Assembly (NCBI GenBank): GCA_041752695.1
Contig: JBGSVZ010000104.1
Span: 29,456-93,455, forward strand
From: Terrimicrobiaceae bacterium
GTDB taxonomy: Bacteria; Verrucomicrobiota; Verrucomicrobiia; Chthoniobacterales; Terrimicrobiaceae
DNA length: 64,000 bases
Direction of reading: 5' to 3'
The notes below the pieces were generated by a model. It was given only the letters and a program-made list of their open reading frames with translations, did not search any database and was not told the origin of the DNA. The position numbers and the translations under genes are program-made. This document shows positions 59,631 through 64,000 of this stretch, piece by piece (position 1 is the first letter of the stretch; every line of letters starts with the position of its first letter).

Positions 59631-59739
59631 GAAGGGCCCGGAGCGGAATAGCTGTATCACGGCCCTTCAGGCCGCCTTTTTATCTGGCCAAAGCCCCGGA
59701 CCTTCGACCCGGGCTGTGGAATTGCCGGGCCTTCAGCCC
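59631..59739. repeat. Multi-hairpin intergenic element
   Basis: GGCC-CTTCA-GGCC, AGCCCCGG...CCCGGGCT, GGGC-CTTCA-GCCC; GAAGGGCC/GGCCCTTC inverted pair. Confidence 0.6.
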
Positions 59740-59832
59740 TCCCGCAGACCTTGCCCCCTTTTATTGACACCGCCGCGCCCCTCCCGCCGATCCGGATTGA
59801 CGTTTGCCAGCGGCTTAGTTTGCTTCACCACC

Positions 59833-61035
59833 ATGTCTGGACTCATGCACCTCCGTCCGCTTCTTCTTGCCGCAGTATTCGCTATTGTTGTGCCGCCTCA
59901 CCTCCGGGCCGCGGAGGAAGAACCGGAATGGGAGCCCGACGTCTATCCGGAGAACAACATCTTCCCCTCCTTCCTCATCGGCACCGCCCGCGTGGATCTG
60001 CCCGAGGAGTTGTTTTCCACCTGGGAGGGCAATCATTTGGGCGACCCGCAGGGCGTCATCGGCATCACCCTGCCCAAGGCCAAGGCCGGCTCGAAGATCG
60101 AAGTCACGGTGAAAGCGAACGAGTTCATGGAGGAAAGCCGCTTCGTCAAAACGCTCAAAGAGGACACGACCGACCTCTTTATCCATCCGAAGATCGCCTA
60201 CAAATTCGGCGCCCTCGCCTCCGTCCATCAGGCCGTCCCCCTCAATGTCACTCTTTCCCTTTCCGTGGATGGCAAAAGCGAGGGCGACAAAACTGTCACC
60301 GCCACCATGCGTCCGATCAACGACTGCCTCTTCGGCGTGGTGGAAGAGGGTGAGGATGGCGAGGAGGATTCCACGTCCGACTACAGCTGGCTCTTCTCGG
60401 CCTATGTGAATGAAAATCATCCTTGGGTGGACACCCTCCTCAAGGAGGCGCTCGACACCGGCATCGTCTCCTCCTTCGACGGCTACCAGAGTGGAAACCC
60501 CGACCAGGTATTGCTGCAAATTTTTGCGATCTGGAACGTCATGCAGCGGCATGGCCTCAAATACAGTGACGTCACCACCACCGCCGCCGAGGACGACGGG
60601 GTTTACAGCCAGCACGTGCGCCTGTTCGACGAATCGGTCAAAGCCTCTCAGGCCAACTGCGTCGATGGCACGGTCCTGCTCGCCGCCATGCTGCGGAAAA
60701 TCGGCCTCCACCCCGCCCTGGTTCTCATGCCGGGGCACATGTTCCTCGCCGTGGATCTCGACGACGAAACCACCGTCGGACTCGAAACCACCCTGCTCGG
60801 GGAGAATGACCTCCGCACCGCCAGGGATGCCACCACCGCCAAGCTGAAAAAGCTGGAAGCCAAACGCAACGAAGATTCCTGGAATTCCTTCGAAGCGGCG
60901 CTCTCCGCCGGGACCGAGGCGTTGGAGAAAAATAGCGAAAAATTCGAAAGTGACGATGTTCGCTATCAATACATCGATATCGCCGAAGCCCGTGCCGCCG
61001 GCATCCTCCCCATCACGTACACCAAAAAAGACTAA
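59833..61035 (+). CDS. Secreted acidic protein with transglutaminase-like Cys/His core
   Basis: Signal peptide; ANCVDGTVLLAAML, PGHMFLAV, LETT. Confidence 0.7.
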   Translation: MSGLMHLRPLLLAAVFAIVVPPHLRAAEEEPEWEPDVYPENNIFPSFLIGTARVDLPEELFSTWEGNHLGDPQGVIGITLPKAKAGSKIEVTVKANEFMEESRFVKTLKEDTTDLFIHPKIAYKFGALASVHQAVPLNVTLSLSVDGKSEGDKTVTATMRPINDCLFGVVEEGEDGEEDSTSDYSWLFSAYVNENHPWVDTLLKEALDTGIVSSFDGYQSGNPDQVLLQIFAIWNVMQRHGLKYSDVTTTAAEDDGVYSQHVRLFDESVKASQANCVDGTVLLAAMLRKIGLHPALVLMPGHMFLAVDLDDETTVGLETTLLGENDLRTARDATTAKLKKLEAKRNEDSWNSFEAALSAGTEALEKNSEKFESDDVRYQYIDIAEARAAGILPITYTKKD

Positions 61036-61051
61036 GCCCCCAGGCAGGCCC

Positions 61052-64000
61052 TTAGCGAAAATCGTGGGACTCCGGCGTGGCGCATTCGCCGTAACGGAGA
61101 GCCTCAACGCGACGGGCAAGGATGTGAATGGTGCCGCGTTCGTTCTGCGCCGGGCCTTCAATGATCAAGAACGGCTCCTGAGTGACGGTGAGGCGGTGTT
61201 TTTCAAAAAACGGCGCGTAAAGAACCGCGTTGGCCACGCCAGTTTCGTCTTCCAGACTGACAAAAACCACCCCCTTGGCGGTGCCTGGACGCTGGCGGCA
61301 GATGACCTGTCCGGCGATGCGTACGGGCTGGCCGTTAGGGACGGCGGGAAGGTCGCCGGCGCGGGTGATGTCGGGCAGTTCCCGGCGGATGAGGGCCATG
61401 GGGTGGCGTCCGGTGGTGACACCGGTGCCGGCAAAATCCGCCGCCAGGCGTTCGAAGGCATTCATGGCGGGAAGCGGGGCGGGCGTTTCGTTGTCCAGAT
61501 GAAATCCCGGCAGGTCGTCGGCGCGCAGGGGGAACTCCGTTTTCCAAAGTCCATCGCGGCGGTGTTCCACCAGGCCATTGAGCGCGCCGATGCGGGAGAG
61601 AACGCGCAGAGCCGGACGGTCGGGTTCCGTGCGGCGGCGGAAATCCTCCAACGAGGCAAAGGGGCGAATGTGACGCTCCTCCGCGATGCGCCGGCCGGTG
61701 GCGGTGTCCAGGCCGCGGACCAGCCGCAGGCCGAGGCGAACGGAATCGTCGAGTTCGATGGTGCAGTCATAATCCGAGTGCAGCACGGAGACGGGGCGGA
61801 TTTTCAAGCCATGCGCCCGCGCATCCTGGATCAGCGTGGCGCTGCTGTAAAATCCCATGGGCTGGTTGTTCAGCAGGGCACTGTAAAACTCCGGCGCGCG
61901 ATGGACCTTCAGCCAGCAACTTGCATAAGCGATGAGGGCAAAGCTAATGGCATGGCTTTCGGGGAACCCATAGACAGCGAAGGCCTGGATGCTTTTGACG
62001 ATTTGATCGGCCGCCTCCGGCGCGACGTCGCGTTCCGCCATCGCCCGACGCAGCTTTACGCAGACCTTGTTCATACGGTCGTGCGAGCGGTGAAAGCTGA
62101 GAGCGCGCCGCAATTCCTCGGCTTCGCTGCCGCTGAAGTCCGCCATTTCCATCGCGATTTTAAGAATTTGTTCCTGAAAAAGCGGCACCCCGAGCGTGCG
62201 CCGCAGGGTGGGTTCGAGCCGGGGATCCAGATAAGTGACGGGCTCCAGACCTTCCCGGCGGGCCAGCAGGGAACTGAGCATGCCGCCTTGAATGGGGCCG
62301 GGTCGGATGATGGCGACCTGCATGACCATGTCGTAAAAGCAGGCGGGTTTGAAGCGCGGCAGCGTGGCCATTTGCGCACGGCTTTCCACCTGGAAGGTTC
62401 CGATGGTGTCAGCGCTTTGCAGCATCGCATAAACAGCGGGATCCTCTGCGGGAATTTTAGCAAACTCCGTCGGCCCTCCGTGGCGGTCCTTGCAGAGGGC
62501 AAAAACATCCTGCATGGCCGCCATCATGCCGAGGCCAAGAAGATCCACCTTCACGATGCCGAGATCTTCGCAGTCGTCCTTGTCCCATTGGGCGACCACG
62601 CGGCCAGGCATGGAGGCGTTTTCCAGCGGCACGACGGAACTGAGCGCATGCTGGCAAATGATCATGCCGCCGGAATGCTGACCGAGGTGGCGGGGCAGGC
62701 CGTAGATTTGCTCGTAGAGCATTCCCGTCGCCGCCGAGCGGGTGTGGGTAGCGGGCAGTCCGGCCTGACGGAGTTGTTCGGGGAAATCGATCGTGTGGGG
62801 AAAGTCTCCGTTGGCAAAGAGGCTGGAGAATCGGTCGATGATGTCGGGGGAAAGGTTAAGCGCTTTACCGATCTCGCGCATGGCACTGCGACCGCGGTAG
62901 GTGATGACGTTGGCGGTCATGGCGGCGCCGTGTTTGCCATAGCGTTGATAAACTTCCTGGATAACCTGTTCACGCCGCTCGCCGCTGGGGAGGTCGAGGT
63001 CGATGTCGGGCCAGGAGGTTCCGCGCCCTTCGCTGAGAAACCGCTCGAAGAGCAGTTCGTAGGCAATGGGGTCGCACGCGGTGATGCCGAGGCAATAACA
63101 AACCACGCTGTTGGCCGCGCTACCGCGCCCCTGCACCAGAACGTTGTGGTGCAGGCAATATTGGACGATGTCCCACACGATCAGGAAATAGCCGGAAAAG
63201 CCAAACCGCGAGATCAGGGCGAGTTCCTTTTCGATTTGCCGGAGCACGGCCGAATTCGGGGTGCCGTAACGTGTCCGGGCGCCTTCCGCCACGCGTTCGC
63301 GGAGAAAGACATCGGCCGCCTCGCCGGAGAGGTTGTTGTATTTGGGAAATTCGTAGCCAAGATTCTCCAGGGTGAATTCGAGCCGTTCGGCGATACGTTC
63401 GGTATTAGCAATCGCCTCGGGCAGATCGGCAAAGAGGGCGGTCATTTCCTCCGCGGATTTGAGATGACGCTCGGCGTTTGGGCTCAGGATTCGTCCGGCG
63501 GCGTCGAGGTGGGTGTGGTGACGGATGCAGGTGAAGACATCCAGCACCGGGCGGCGGGAAGGCGTGGCGTACAGCACGCCATTGGTGGCCAGGAGCATGA
63601 GGCCGCGGGAACGGGCGAGGTCCACCAGCATTGTGTTCCGCCAGTCCTCGCCGCGCCGGTGATGGCGTTGAATTTCCACGCAGACATGGTCCTGGCCAAA
63701 TGCCGCCACCAACCGGTCAAGGTCCGCGGCATTTTCGGGATTTCGCAGGACGCCTTCCTCGTCGCCAGTCAGCGCGATGAGCCCTTCGCTGTAGAAAGGC
63801 AATTCGTCCCAACGGACGGGGCTGTGGGTTTTGCTGCCGCGCAGTTTGGCTTCGGTGATAAGATGGCAAAGGTTTTGGTAGCCAATGCGATTTTTCACCA
63901 GCACGGGCAGGACGGCACCGTCTTCCAAAGTGAGCTCCGCGCCGACCAGGGCGCGCAGGCCGGCCTCCTTGGCCGCGCCATGCAGGCGGGCCGAGCCGTA
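61052..64000 (-). CDS. dnaE2: Error-prone DNA polymerase III alpha subunit; 5' end lies beyond the window
   Basis: GRGSAANS, PDIDLD, HLGQHSGG, WDKDD, FPESHA, RQRPGTAKG, C-terminal SHDFR. Confidence 0.93.
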   Translation of the reverse strand, partial: YGSARLHGAAKEAGLRALVGAELTLEDGAVLPVLVKNRIGYQNLCHLITEAKLRGSKTHSPVRWDELPFYSEGLIALTGDEEGVLRNPENAADLDRLVAAFGQDHVCVEIQRHHRRGEDWRNTMLVDLARSRGLMLLATNGVLYATPSRRPVLDVFTCIRHHTHLDAAGRILSPNAERHLKSAEEMTALFADLPEAIANTERIAERLEFTLENLGYEFPKYNNLSGEAADVFLRERVAEGARTRYGTPNSAVLRQIEKELALISRFGFSGYFLIVWDIVQYCLHHNVLVQGRGSAANSVVCYCLGITACDPIAYELLFERFLSEGRGTSWPDIDLDLPSGERREQVIQEVYQRYGKHGAAMTANVITYRGRSAMREIGKALNLSPDIIDRFSSLFANGDFPHTIDFPEQLRQAGLPATHTRSAATGMLYEQIYGLPRHLGQHSGGMIICQHALSSVVPLENASMPGRVVAQWDKDDCEDLGIVKVDLLGLGMMAAMQDVFALCKDRHGGPTEFAKIPAEDPAVYAMLQSADTIGTFQVESRAQMATLPRFKPACFYDMVMQVAIIRPGPIQGGMLSSLLARREGLEPVTYLDPRLEPTLRRTLGVPLFQEQILKIAMEMADFSGSEAEELRRALSFHRSHDRMNKVCVKLRRAMAERDVAPEAADQIVKSIQAFAVYGFPESHAISFALIAYASCWLKVHRAPEFYSALLNNQPMGFYSSATLIQDARAHGLKIRPVSVLHSDYDCTIELDDSVRLGLRLVRGLDTATGRRIAEERHIRPFASLEDFRRRTEPDRPALRVLSRIGALNGLVEHRRDGLWKTEFPLRADDLPGFHLDNETPAPLPAMNAFERLAADFAGTGVTTGRHPMALIRRELPDITRAGDLPAVPNGQPVRIAGQVICRQRPGTAKGVVFVSLEDETGVANAVLYAPFFEKHRLTVTQEPFLIIEGPAQNERGTIHILARRVEALRYGECATPESHDFR

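Overview
GC-rich bacterial chromosomal window, most likely Verrucomicrobiota. This is inferred from a PEP-CTERM protein, an H-X9-DG prepilin-like protein, a C-terminal 'S-x-DL-x-x-W...RFYR' domain and the long-form IspG. About 58 CDSs are supportable, mostly housekeeping: moxR, infA, cdsA-dxr...rseP-ispG, metH, cysD/cysNC, RNase G-mrdA-mreDCB, leuB, trpF, lgt and dnaE2 (cut by the right edge). No rRNA, tRNA, CRISPR array, transposase or integrase was recognised. Accessory content includes an NhaR-like/TerC/HPF/SbtAB cluster, a CHASE2 cyclase/beta-barrel/FecR module, a cobalamin-riboswitch operon and a RhuM + OLD-nuclease islet. The most striking unexplained structure is a family of 7-bp tandem arrays, usually 5 units. 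Two inverted arrays bracket an Avd/IVP-like four-helix-bundle gene wedged between cysD and cysNC. The same inverted pair recurs empty at 53346-53435 as a 34-codon mini-ORF coupled to both neighbours, and solo arrays sit in-frame inside ispG, metH and a U32 gene and in intergenic regions. A 60-bp GTAG-type REP doublet is also inserted in-frame in the U32 gene. All calls come from reading the sequence and motifs; no database search was run.
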